Origin: Phyllosticta citribraziliensis
Lineage: Eukaryota
DNA: 64,000 nt
Direction of reading: 5' to 3'
Assembly (NCBI RefSeq): GCF_038025025.1
Contig: NW_027117347.1
Coordinates: 1,798,001 to 1,862,000 of the forward strand
A program made the translations under genes and the position numbers. Numbering within the stretch: position 1 is the stretch's first letter; every line of letters begins with the position of its first letter. This document shows, piece by piece, positions 44,506-57,029 of this stretch. The notes beneath the pieces were generated by a model. The model was not told where the DNA came from. It saw nothing but the letters and a program-made list of their open reading frames with translations, and made no database searches.

Positions 44506-47448
44506 TCAGTTCCGCATGTAGGGGTGATAGCCCCTGTGGCCGCCTCTTCCGCCACCACGGTAGTTGGCGCCCGGCTTGCCGGCGTTCTTGGGACCTGTTG
44601 GCGCGTTCGCAGGAGCGTTGCTGGGCTGGACTGGCGTCGACGGACTTTGAGAACCACCACGACCCACTCCGCCACGGTAAGGCCCAAAGCCACCACGGCC
44701 AGCGAAGTTGCCGCGAGCGCCAGGAGCAGCACCCTGAGGACCCGTTGGCGGAATGTTTGGCTGGGGAACGTCATCATACATGCCCTCCCAGCTGGTGGGG
44801 CCACCTTGGTTGTAGCCCTGCTGGCCATACTGCATGCGGCGGGCCTGCTGCTGCTGCTCGTACTTTTGTTGCTCAAAGGCGAGTTGCTCCTGAGCGTTGA
44901 AGCCGGGTCGATTGGCAGCGGCCGCGGCGGCCATCATGGCAGGGTTTCCGGGGCCTCCTTGGAATCCGCCGCCCATGCTGGCTTGCTGCATCTGCTGTTG
45001 TTGCATTTGCTGCGCTTGTTGCTGCATCATGGGGCTCATGCCGCCGTTGGGAGACATTGGGTGCGGCGATCCGGATTGCGACATTTGCTGCTGGGACAAT
45101 TGCTGCTGGGACATCTGCTGCTGGGACATTTGCTGCTGGGACATCTGCTGCTGCATCATTTGCTGCATGGCCATATATTGTTGCATCCACTGCGGCATCA
45201 TCATCGGTTGCATCTGTCCGCCCATCATTCCGCCAGCCGCTCCGCTGCGAATCGCGTTGAGCATCGCGCTCACAGCAGCCCAATCCTTGGCATCCTTAGC
45301 TCTTGAGGTTCCTGGTGGACCGTCGCCGCCTTGCTGTTGGGCTTGCTGGTTATCGAATCCGCCGTCGCGAGGGCCGAATCGGCCGCGGTGACCAAACTTG
45401 GGTTCATCGCCGTCCTTCAGATTTCCTCGCGGCTGCGCCTTTTTGACCTCAATCGGCTTGCCGTGGATCTGAAGCGGTTGCTTGAGACAAGCGGTGACAG
45501 CTGCCTCGCCGTCGAATGTGACAAACCCAAACCCTCGAGGGCGGCCCGTATCCTTGTCGATCATAAGAGTGGCGTCGATGATGTTGCCAAATTGAGAGAA
45601 GAATTCTTTAAACTCGGCCTCGTTCGTCTCCTGGCTGACACCGCCGACGAAGATTTTGGCAGTCTTTTCCTGCTCCTCCCGAGGAATCGCTCTTTTGGGG
45701 TCAATCTGCTCCAATTAGTGGGGACTCGGCTTGAAAGGGGACGGATACTGACAATTTTACCATCCAAGTAGTGCTCCTTGACCATCACAATGTTTACCGT
45801 CTTCGGATCTTTAAATGTAAGGAAACCAAAGCCACGGGAGCGGCCGGTAGCTCCATCCCGCATCACAGTGCATTCAGCAACTTCTCCGAACTGAGAGAAG
45901 TACTCCCTGAGACTCTCTGCACACAATTAGCAATTAAAAAGGAAATATGGCTTGTCCAATCACTTACGATCTGTTGTTTCCCAGTTTAAACCACCAATGA
46001 ACATTTTTCTGTACCGTTGTTAGCATGCGCCGTCGGCAGTCCATTACGCGGCTTTTCTCGAAAAGTCTCAAAGAACAGGGCAGCGTGAGTCGGTGTCTCA
46101 ATTCTCCAGAAGTCGCGGCATTTCCGGGTTGGCGTCATCAAGTCTTCCAAATCGACGGGCGTCCTTGAGATAAAACGGAGGGCAGAATAGCTCAGTGTTG
46201 GCGGGTAGAGGGGCCGCTGGCGCGTTGCTGTTTCGTTGGATCCCAACGTGTCGAAGGGTGGATATGGCATCAAACGCCGCCGCTGGTGAAGCTTCCAGAT
46301 TCGCAGTCGGGCTGACAGTGTCGCAGCCACGTCCAATCGTCGCATGAGCACACTGATGGTCGGCGGGAAGCGTCTTTGTTTTGCTACGAACCGAAGGCCG
46401 TGGGTTCTGCCAGCTTCGCTAACGAAGAGTAGACCCAGACCATCTACCTGCTCGAAGCTATCCTCGCTGGTTGCTACGGATATTGTCTGGACAAGTTCTG
46501 CTCCCTAACGGTGGCAGATTCTGAGTTTCTTCTGTGGCTGACGAATCATAGGTGGCGTTCGAAGTAGTTGTAAAACCAGTCTCCGGTAATCATTCCGCCT
46601 CATTGATTCTCTTCGCTTGCTCGTTTCCCGTCTTCAACATCAAGGCGTAACTGAGCGACGTTTGCTTCCACAGGCCAGACAATCGTCGCCCCACAAGGAC
46701 GCTAACTTTGGACCACGCAGCCACAAGCTCCAGTTCGTTTCGCCGTCAGTTCAACCTCAGACTCTTGCGTTCTTGAACCACCAAATAGCTCATCAGGCGG
46801 AGTTTCCCGTGACGTTGCTGCGCCGGGAAAAGTAATTCAAACATCGCTGGTTTCAGGCCTCAACCATAACCTTGTAGCGCCGGAAATTCGCCTCCCACCG
46901 GAATTGCCAACGTTGTCGCTTCCAAAATCCTTGATGGGGGGCAGCGCCTGGAATCGCCGCAGTAGAGACACCGACTCACCTTTTTGCCGTGCTAGACGAG
47001 TGGGAACTGGGGCTATGGAAAAGAATAGACCAAAGAAAAGCAACCGAGCTACTCACCCATCCTCTTTGATACCGATCGGTTTGGAGTATTCATGTCCATT
47101 GCTCTCACCGTTACCATGTTGCATTGCTCCACTGTCGTCATTTTCCATCTGCAGGTCATCCGCATCTCCAGCGCCTTGAAAGTTATCAGGACCGTTGTGA
47201 TCTGCGCCTTGCTGGTCTTGGAGCACAGCGGGAGCTGAGACCTGCGCAGCCGTGGCGGCTTCCGGTGCGGGCTCTGGCTGGGCGGCGGGGGCAGAGAGTT
47301 GGGCGGGTTTGGCTTGGGCGTCATCATTATCGTAGCTGAGAAACAGGTCAGAAAACTCGCTCGATGCTCGGCCCCACACGGAATCTTGAAAAGAGCGAGC
47401 TCACAGGTCTGCGAAGAGATCCTCGTCGAGTTCCTCAGTATCAGCCAT
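44506..47448 (-). CDS. HRP1: hnRNP Hrp1/Nab4-like RNA-binding protein (two RRMs, Q/M-rich and RGG tail, PY-NLS)
   Basis: MADTEELDEDLFADL|YD..., KEDG|KMFIGGLNWETT, RNP1 'RSRGFGFLTF' and 'RPRGFGFVTF', C-terminal 'RGYHPY'. 1048-nt intron 47056-46009. Confidence 0.88.
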
Positions 47449-48066
47449 AATGAAATGAGGGCGATTCGAGGGAGATGCGGCTGGGACTCGAGACTAGGCG
47501 AGCAAGCCGAGCGCGCGCGGGCCGGGCTGCAAAGCTGGAGGATGTAACCGGCGGGTTCCGAAGGGTCCAGGGACGCGGGGAGAGGATGTCGCAAGAGCGG
47601 TGACAGCTCTATGCAAGCACGGTGAGCCTGAGGTGCGGTCACGGACTGGGTCGTAGGGTTGGCCGCAAACGAGGTCGCGAGGTGGAGTAGGTTGGAATGG
47701 CGAGGTGTGGTGAGGTGAGAGGAGGCGGCCGGGTCGTCGGGATTTCCTTGGCGTCATGGTCACGTGCTGGTGTCGGGCCGCGGCGGGCACGGACGGGGCC
47801 GTAGAGGGATGCATCGGATGCATGCCGGCCGGGGGGTCGGCGTCCGGGTCCGAGTGCCCCGCCCGGACTTGGCCTGGCCTGCCCTGCGTCCAGCCTCTGG
47901 GGACCGAGACCTGGACTGACGGACGTGACGTGTTTGGCTCGTCCTGCATCGCCGACAAGACAACAATGGCCGGGAAGAAGCAGCAGCAGGTAATCTTCCC
48001 TCATGCTCCGCGTCCTCCTCCTTCTAGGCCTGGGCTGCTCTGAGCTGACTTGCTTCACACAAGGAA

Positions 48067-50047
48067 ATGGTCCAGGTTGGTTCGTAGCCTCAAGCTCTCC
48101 CCGCGCCCTCAACGGGGACCCGTCCTGCTAACGCCATCTCCCTTGGCAATATAGACCGCACAAGGTATGAGCCTCGGGGCGTTTGTCGTCATGTTTGCTT
48201 ACGCCCCTGTCCAGCTCTGCATCCCCTTTCTGGCGCAACAACTCGGGCGCCTCCAAAAGCCATGAATCCAAGAAAGTCGTCGGCGCATCCTACTCTCACA
48301 CGGATATCCTGAGATTCGATTCCCTGTAAACCCTTTTCTCCCCCCATTCTCTCTCTACGACGCTCATGTTCCCCTCAAGATCCGTCTCGACTTCCTCCCG
48401 CCCGCGCACCGCGAATTCCAACGAAAGTCCCCCCGCAAGCCGTAGCGGGACCACCGTGAACTCGCCCGGCCGCAAGCCCTTTCCTCCTACGTACCTATCA
48501 AACGACCCTGATGCAGAAGAGGATGAAGATGAGGAGGATCAGGACATTACGTTTGATGATGACGAGGACGAGTTTGGGTTGCCCAGCATAGCCAGCATGC
48601 GGCGAAAGGGCAAACGGAAACCCCTCAGCAAAGGCAAGGATCCCGGAGGAACACACTCGCTCCACGGCTCTATGGACGGCGGATTGGGTACGGCACAGCC
48701 GTGGCGTTTGGACAGTGGTGACATAGCGGAGGAGCGTAACGGGAGCACGGTTCCGCTCTATCCCACAGCCAAACCGTCCGTCGGCAAGATCCTACGGCCG
48801 CAGTACAAAGACATTCTGCGCGACCCTGCCAATGCGCTCCACCTCATTGCACATCCGACGCTCCCTGTCAACTCGCCGCAAAAGGAGGTCGAAGCCCATT
48901 CGGCACGAATATCTCGAATCAACAAGTTTAAGCGAATCCTGCAGTCGAGCAACATTGCCATCCCAGAACTCAGGTCAACAGCATGGTCTGGCATTCCGGT
49001 AGAAGTCCGCGCGATGACCTGGCAGCTCTTGCTTGGGTACCTGCCCGCCAACTCTGAACGTCGCGTCGCGACCTTGGAGAGGAAGCGCAGGGAATATCTG
49101 GATGGCGTCCGTCAAGCTTTTGATAGGAGCGCCGCGGGCCAAGAAATGGGGATACCACCCTCTGCATCGACAAGTCGAAGCCGTGGACAGGGGCTTGATG
49201 AAAGCATATGGCATCAGATCAGCATCGACGTCCCCAGGACGAACCCGCACTTGGAGCTGTACAGCTACGAGGCAACGCAGAGATCGTTGGAGCGCATATT
49301 GTACGTTTGGGCGATTAGGCACCCTGCTAGTGGCTACGTGCAAGGGATCAACGACCTGGTGACGCCGTTCTGGCAAGTCTTTCTCGGAGCCTACATCACC
49401 GACCCTGATGTAGAGTGCGGCATGGACCCTGGCCAACTACCCAAAGCTGTCCTCGATGCTGTTGAAGCGGACAGCTTTTGGTGCTTAACCAAGTTGTTGG
49501 ATGGCATTCAAGACAACTACATTCATGCGCAACCTGGGATCCAGCGCCAGGTGGCAAGCTTACGGGACTTGACGACGAGGATCGACAAGACTTTGGCAGA
49601 TCATCTAGAGAGAGAGGGTGTAGAATTCATCCAGTTCAGTTTCCGATGGATGAATTGTCTTTTGATGCGCGAGGTCAGCGTCAAGAACACCATCAGGATG
49701 TGGGACACTTATCTGGTAAGTCAACTTCCAAGACCTTCGATGTCTCACACTAACTGTGATTGCAGTCGGAAGAACGCGGCTTTTCCGACTTTCATCTCTA
49801 CGTTTGCGCTGCCTTTCTAGTCAAGTGGAGCGACCAGCTGGTCAAGATGGATTTTCAGGAGATTATGATGTTTCTTCAATCGCTTCCCACGCGCAACTGG
49901 ACCGAAAAAGACATAGAATTGCTGCTCAGCGAGGCCTTCATTTGGCAAAGTCTGTTCCGGGGAAGCAGCGCGCACCTCAAGGGGCAAGGTTCACAGACGA
50001 AAGGGGGGAATGAAGGCAGCAGGGTAGGCATGGGCCCAGAAAGATGA
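48067..50047 (+). CDS. GYP1: TBC-domain Rab GTPase-activating protein Gyp1
   Basis: 'AWSGIP', 'QISIDVPRT', 'SGYVQGINDL', 'FSFRWMNCLLMRE', 'RMWDTY'. 5' microexons give MVQVDRTSSASPFW; a possible further upstream exon MAGKKQQQ starts at 47966. Confidence 0.93.
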
Positions 50048-50196
50048 GATATTTGTTTTGGAGGGCAGGCAGGCATGTGTTCACTTACAGGCGTTGATTT
50101 GGCGGCAAATCATGAGCGCACGGCGTCATTCCGCTGACCTTTTAGTACCAGTAATTGTAAATATATTGCCGATGAAGGGATGAGAGATGCCCTTGT

Positions 50197-51605
50197 CTAC
50201 GGCTTGATCTCTAAGCTGGCCAGATCCACCTCCGTTCCCGCCAGAGCTGCCAGGTCGACCAAGCCGTCGCGTGGCGGCACAAACTGCCTCAGCCCCACGC
50301 CGCCCTCGTCGAAGATGCGCGCCGCCTCCGTGTCCATGCTGTATGCCTGGCTGTAGACGACTTCGGAGATGCCGACCTGGGTAATCTTGATACTACACGT
50401 CAAGCACGGACAGGTGTCGCAATACAGGATGGTGCCGTCCTTGATGCGCTCGCGGCCGGCCTCGAGCAGCGCGTTCTCTTCGGCATGAAGACACAGACAA
50501 GTAGCAAGGCTGGAGCCGCCGGCCGCGGCGGCGTTGCAGCGCGGACAGCCACCGTCGGCGCAGTTGCGCATGCCGCGCGGCGTGCCGTTGTAGCCGGTGC
50601 TGAGGACGCGGTTGTTGCTGACGAGCACGCAGCCAACGCGGCGCTTCATGCAGTTGGAGCGCTGGGCCGCCAGCGACGCCAGCGTCATGAAGTAGGCGTC
50701 CCACGACGGTCGGAGCCGCGAGGGATTGGGTAGGTCGAGGGAGCGGAGAGAGGCGTGCAGAGAGGAAAGGGAGGGCGTGGCGTTCAGGAGGCGCAGCTGG
50801 GCGCGGTGGAGCAGTGCGGAGAGGTGCGTTGGTGCGGCGAAGAGGTGGGCGTCGTTGCGGACGACGAAGTCGGTCAGAGTAGGGGGAGGGAGTTGAGCGG
50901 ATATGCAGCTACATTTGAATGTTCAGTGTTTGAAGCCTTCAGGGGAAACGACTGCGGCCTACCGTGCCTTGAACCTCTCCCACCGCACGCTGACAGGGGC
51001 GTCGACGCTGACGAGCAGGAAAAACGGCCGCCGGAGCAACGCGTCTACGATGCTTTCGTCCCAGATGTCTGTCGTTACCCAGCGCTCTCTCCAGCGCTTG
51101 GTGACAAACTCGAGCAAGCTGTGGACGTTGGGGAACAGAGGCTCGTTTGCTTCTTCGTCGGTCGGCGTCTCACGTGGTGTTGAGTCTGGGACGTGTTCGT
51201 TCGTGGCAGACTTTTCTACTGGAGGGGTGGGAGAGGTCCTTTCGAGTCGAATCCGCTTGAAGCCATGTTCTGAGACTAGATAGTCCGATATCGAAGACTT
51301 CCCGGCGCAGATTCCTGGGATGTGTCAGTTCGAGATCTCGGATGCTTCGAGCGTTGATTGAGCAGCAAACGCGTCAATCACGCTGATTTCCGGCAAGATT
51401 TGGGTAGTGGATACTGAAAGGAATCAAACAGTGTGGGAATATGGGGAGGAAACGCGCTTCTGGGCCGGATATAAAATGGACTGACGCTGGTGATTGACGG
51501 CGTTGGAATTTGAGATGATCAAGTTGTATAGAGATTCGAGAGACGAAAAAGAGAGTACAATCCGAGACGAGAGACAAACATACCTCCACAGACGCCTATG
51601 AGCAT
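50197..51605 (-). CDS. DCD1: dCMP deaminase
   Basis: MLIGVCG|GICAGKS start, 'RPSWDAYFM', 'RSNCMKRRVG', 'GYNGTP', zinc motifs 'LHAEENAL' and 'PCLTC'. Confidence 0.93.
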
Positions 51606-51948
51606 TTTGTTCGAAAGTCAGGGGCTGTTATTGAAATGTGGTTTGGCAGCAAGTTGGAGTTGCGGTTGGACACCTCAGGCGACAGGCCGGCTAAACACCG
51701 GCGAGCCGTGAGCACGGATGATCCTTACATCATCTGGCCGCTGGCAGAGGGACAGCTGATGGCTAGCTCTCCTCTCCTCTACATCCTCTTGACGCGCTGC
51801 CGCTGATCTGCTGAGACAGGCAAAGCCGACTGACAGTACCACATGCGCGCCCTCTGACCTCACCTTTTACGACGACCTCATCCGTTGCGCCGTTTGCGCG
51901 CTCTCCTCACCGAATCTCACAACCAACCCCGCTCCAAATCCACGCGCA

Positions 51949-54341
51949 ATGGCGAGACCAGTCCAGTATGCGCCTTGGTCTTCGGACATCGAGCTCGCTT
52001 TCTACGCCTCGCTGGCATCGATCAAAGTGAATCATGACAAGCTCGACGACAGTTCCCGCAAGGTCTTGGGTCTTTATGAGATCAGGCCTCAGGATCCGCC
52101 AGAGCGCTCTTGCCGCATGCAGATCCTCGGCTCTGCCCTCACCACCGACGTGTGAGTCCCCATCATGAAGCTTTCTACCCTGGTGAAATCCATGCTGATG
52201 CGGTCGCAAACCAATACAGTGCTCCAAATGGCTACTTTCGCGCCGAAGGCATCATCCGCAACGTGAACACAAACGAGCAGTTCAAAGCTCTCGACCGCTC
52301 CGCCATCCTTGAGCGAGCTGGCCAAACGGTGCGCACGCCTTGGTCGCATACCTTGAAAAGACACTGACAATGCGCAGATTTGGGAGGCGATCAGTGACGG
52401 TACCATCTTCTCTTGTCCTTCGCTCCTTGCCTCATTCACGGTCATCTCGTTTGCGGACATCAAGAAGTACAAGTTCACGTACCACTTTGCCTTCCCCGCA
52501 ATCCACTCCGACGGTCCGTGGAAACACATCACCGAGCCGTCAAAGCTCACTTCCCCGGAGACCACTGAGCTCGTTGAGGCGGTTCAGACATGGAAGTACC
52601 GGATGGACCGAGAGTTGGACTCGCGCCAGCACGGATTCTTCCTCGCGAAGAAAGTGAAGCGCTCGAGCGAACTTGCGCACCGCGATGGACACGAGGACGA
52701 GCACGACGTCAAGTCTCCTGGAGCCCATCAGGTCATCGGCTACACATGGGAGATCGGAACTCTCGCCCAGTATGAGCAGGGCTTCTTCAACAGCACGGAC
52801 TTGAAGGACCGCTACGTCTGTTTCGCTGACCCTTCAACTTTTGAGGAGAATCCTGGCTGGATGCTGCGCAATCTCCTCGTGCTCGTCAAGCAGAGGTGGA
52901 AGCTTGAAAACGTCCAGATTCTCTGTTACAGAGATACCCACGCCGGTCGCGACATGCCTAGAAGTCTCATTTTTAACATTCAGGCTCCTCGGCCTACCAC
53001 CAGCATCGAACTCGACACTTCGCTGGACCCCACCCCTCATCCTCGCCCACCATCTCCAAAAACGCCAAAGATGCCCAAGGTTACCGGCTGGGAGCGCAAC
53101 GACACCAAGAAGCTCCAGAGCCGCATGGTCGACCTGGCTGCTTACATGGATCCCACGCGCCTGGCTGACCAAGCTGTGGATCTGAACCTGAAGCTGATCA
53201 AGTGGCGCATCGCCCCGTCAATCGATCTCGATGTCGTCAAGAACACCAAATGCCTTCTGCTCGGCGCCGGTACCCTTGGCTCTTACGTGTCGCGGAACCT
53301 GCTTGGATGGGGCGTGCGCAAGGTGACTTTCGTCGACAATGCCAAAGTCAGCTTTTCGAATCCCGTCCGCCAGCCTCTATTCGACTTCAAGGACTGCTTG
53401 GAAGGCGGAGCTCCAAAGGCAGAACGTGCCGCAGAGGCGCTTAGGGAAATCTACCCCGGCGTCGACTCCGAAGGACATGTCATGTCTGTTCCCATGGCTG
53501 GCCACCCAGTGGTTGACGAGGCCAAGACGCTGGCCGACTTCGACAAGCTGAAGAAGTTGATCGACGAGCACGACGCCATCTTCCTTCTGATGGACACGCG
53601 AGAGTCACGATGGCTGCCGACAGTCATGGGCAAGGCAGCAGGCAAGATTGTCATGAACGCTGCCCTGGGCTTCGACACTTTTGTGGTCATGAGACAGGGC
53701 CTGAAGGCCGGCGGACCAGAAGAGGCGGAGATGGGATGTTACTTCTGCAACGATGTCGTTGCACCCGCTGATGTGAGTCATTCTCACCGTTCCCTGAGAG
53801 CTATTACTAACGTGCGAGACAGTCACTCAAGGACGCCACACTGGACCAACAGTGTACAGTCACTCGTCCGGGAATCGCGGCAATTGCCTCGGCACTTCTT
53901 GTCGAGCTCTTGGTCTCCGTCGTCCAACATCCTCTCCGCGCACATGCCCCAGCGCCATCGAGCTCGTCAGAAAATCCTACCGACGCAGATTCCCGTGCCT
54001 TTGCGGCGCCTTCAAGTCCCGGCTCCTCCCCTTCGCGCCCATTCAAGCATCCCCTTGGCCTTGTTCCCCACCAAATTCGCGGATTTCTCTCAAACTTCTC
54101 CAACCTTTGCATCAGGGGCCAACCGTACGACTGCTGCAGCGCTTGCAGCGACCGCATTGTCGATCGCTACAAGGCCGAGGGCTGGGATTTTGTCAAGCGT
54201 GCTCTTAACCAGAAGGGCTGGGTTGAGGAAGTGAGCGGTCTCGCAGAGGTGCAGCGCCGCGCAGAGGAGCTCGAAAGGGACGGCATGGTCGAGTGGAGCG
54301 ACAGCGAAGACGACGGAGAGGGCGAGGGCGAGCTGATTTGA
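51949..54341 (+). CDS. ATG7: Autophagy E1-like activating enzyme Atg7
   Basis: '[11 protein letters not shown]', 'LLLGAGTLG', 'VSFSNPVRQ', 'DTRESRWLP', '[11 protein letters not shown]', '[11 protein letters not shown]', '[11 protein letters not shown]'. Confidence 0.96.
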
Positions 54342-55195
54342 TGAGACCGAGGACGACATTCACGACTGCTGGTACGGATATGATGGCACATGGCGAATGA
54401 GATACGAACGACGAACGATGAAAGCGAAGTGGATCCTCTCAGCCAAGCGTCTCTACGTTGCTTCCTTAACACTGGAACTTGCTCTCGCGATTTGAGGCCC
54501 TTGAGCATCATGGCTGGTTGGATCTCGTTTTTCTTTTCCCCCTTTTCTGTATCATAAAGGACTGGCGCTGCATGGCGTTTGATGATGGGATCTTCTCCAC
54601 GGCCTTGCTTCTTTGTGGCTTCATGGCGTGATGGGGAACGGCCTCGCGGTCTGGTAGGTAGGGTCTGGCTTTCGCAGCTTTGAGGTTTCGAGTTTAGATT
54701 CCCTTTTCCGGTGATGAGGGAGGCGTTGGTGGGTAAGATAGGGCTCGATAGCTAGCAGTATCACGTAATGGCTTGAACGATCGCAAGTGAAAATCAAGAG
54801 ACTGATCCGAAGCACTCTGTCGGCTTGTCTCACATGAGTTGTGACATGCCTGTCTGCGTCCTTTTCTTGTGGTACGAGTCCATTGTCCCAGCGTCGCCGT
54901 TATCAAGCCAATATGCTCTCCCTTTCCTCAATGGTCTCATTTACAGTGCACCACAAATCCACTTGGTGACAAACATCCAAGGCTTGACTCACTGCTTTTG
55001 CTGCCCTGCCCTGCCCTATCCGATTCCAAGAACGCCCCGGCCAGGAGATGTGTATCCGCTCAACCATTACGCGAACAAAAAGAGAAGGGAAGAAAGGAAA
55101 AGAAGCTCAAATTGTGCAGGGCCCACCCCAATAATCCGACACGCTCGCGCAATGCAAAGAAAGAGTTGGCAAAAACCAAGCTATCATCAATGCAG

Positions 55196-56775
55196 TCACG
55201 ACTCATCGACCTTGGCCTTCTTCGCCTCGTCCCCAGCCGCATCCTTCATCTCAGCATCGTCATTCTTCCTCTTCGAACCAGCCGACGCCGAAGCGTCCGC
55301 CGGCTTCGCAGCACTGTCGCCGCCGTTCGGTGCGGGGGCAGGCTTCTTGCGCTTGATAAGGCTGGAGATGTCGCTGGCGCCCTTGAGCTTGCCCTCGAGC
55401 TCCTTCCGTTCCTGCTCCGAGGGCTGGCCGAGCAGCTCGCTCAGCACGCCGGCGATGGGGTTGCTCGCGTCAGGGGCACCGGCCGGGTTGCTCGGGGCGC
55501 TGAGCGAGATGGCGGGGGCACGGAGTTCGGCGAGCTGGTTGTGGCGTGTTAGTTTGATTTGTTCTCATCTGGTGCGAGGTACGGTAGGAGAGGGAAGCGG
55601 GTAGGTGCTTACGCGGTCCTCCATGTCCTTGACCATCTCCTTGACGTCGAGGACGCGTTGGCGCAGGTCAGCGGCCTCTTCGGGTGCGGCATTGGGTAGC
55701 TCGGCTTCGGTCTTGGTGATGCGCAAGTTGCACGAGGCGATGGCCTTTTCCATTTCGGCAGCGGCGTCGGCGCGCATGTCTTCGTCGACTTTGGCATCCT
55801 TCGGGTTCACCTTGCCGCCTGTGTATGCGTCAGCTTTGCGCCCCGAAAGCGTGGATGAAAACACTTACCATTAGCTTCGGCTTGCGCTTGAGCCTTGCGG
55901 ACCTCGGTCATGGAGCCAAATTCGAGGGCTAGCGAGAGGAAGTAGTGGCCTTCGGCAATGACGCTCGATTCCTCGGGGTAGAGCTTCTGCTTGATCTCCA
56001 GCGCGGCGCGGAAGTCGTTGACGGCTTCAACAAAGTTCTCGTTCTCCAGGCCAATCTCGGCCTGCAAGTGGCGCGTCTCTGCGAGCTTCTCCAGCACCTT
56101 GCGCTCCTCGGGGTCCAACTCTTTTGCCGGCGCCTTTCCCTTGCCCTTGTCGCCGGTGGTGTCTCGTGCACTGGACTGTAACGCCTCGAGCTGTTTCTCC
56201 AGCAAGCAACGCGCGACATCGAGAATCTCGTAGGCGTTGGAGAAGTCGTCCTCTTCCTCGAGCGCGTCGGCCTCGGCTTCTTCGTCTTCCTCGTCGGATT
56301 CAGTGTCCCAGTTCTCGTCGCCGGTGATTTGGAAAAACGGCTTGTTCTCGACCGTCTGGTCGTTGGTGTCTGCCTTGCCGTCCTTCTCCTCTACCACGGC
56401 CTCTACTACCTCTTCTGCCAGCTTCTGCTCCCCGCTCGGCAGCGCTTCTTCAGCCTTGGTGTTTCCGTCGCCATTCTTCTGCTGTTTCTTGGGCTTCTTC
56501 GCTGGCTTTTCCTCGCTGGCGACTCTGCCGCCGAGGACGTCACTCTTAGCGACTGCGACCTTGTATAGGCAGCGGCCGTAGCGGAAGTATAGCTCGGCGT
56601 TCTCGGGCGCCATTTCGCCATTCAGTTCAACTTGGACTTCGGTCGCTTTGGAGTAAATGTCGGCAGCCTCATCGTAGTTCTTGAGGCGGTACTGCAGCTC
56701 CGCAGCGGCGAGGAGAGCAGAAAGCTTGTCCTGCGAGTGATCGGACTCGTCGCGGATGGTTTCGAGGGATGCCAT
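55196..56775 (-). CDS. NASP/Sim3/Hif1-family histone chaperone (SHNi-TPR)
   Basis: 'ADIYSKATE..NGEMAPENAELYFRYGRCLY', an acidic insertion, 'DDFSNAYEILDVAR', 'AEIGLENENF', 'IAEGHYFLSLALEF' and a basic C-terminal NLS-like tail. Confidence 0.88.
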
Positions 56776-56920
56776 TGTGTCGCAAGTGTACGCGGATGAG
56801 AGTGAGCAGTGTTTGGTGACCAGAAAGCCGACGTGTGGTGTGGGTTGTTGTGTTGCGAGGCGGCGGTGGTGGTGGTGGTGAGGAGCTGTCCAGCTGAAGG
56901 GAAAGTTGAGCCGAAACGAA

Positions 56921-56951
56921 ACGCGCCCGCGCGCTTGCAATCGCGACGCGT
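56921..56951. promoter_or_regulatory. Candidate MCB elements in the ~250-bp bidirectional promoter of the NASP-like gene and DPB2
   Basis: ACGCG at 56921 and ACGCGT at 56946. Confidence 0.5.
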
Positions 56952-57029
56952 CTTCCCGGTCCGCCTTGATCAACGACACCACTCCACTTCTCCACCACCA
57001 CGGAAGCGCAGCGCCTCTGATCCAGGAAA

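Noticed and set aside
45075..45160. 15-bp tandem repeat (TGCTGCTGGGACA(T/A)(C/T)) as a CRISPR-like or non-coding repeat
   Set aside because: It encodes the QQQMS repeats in the HRP1 low-complexity domain and has no spacers.
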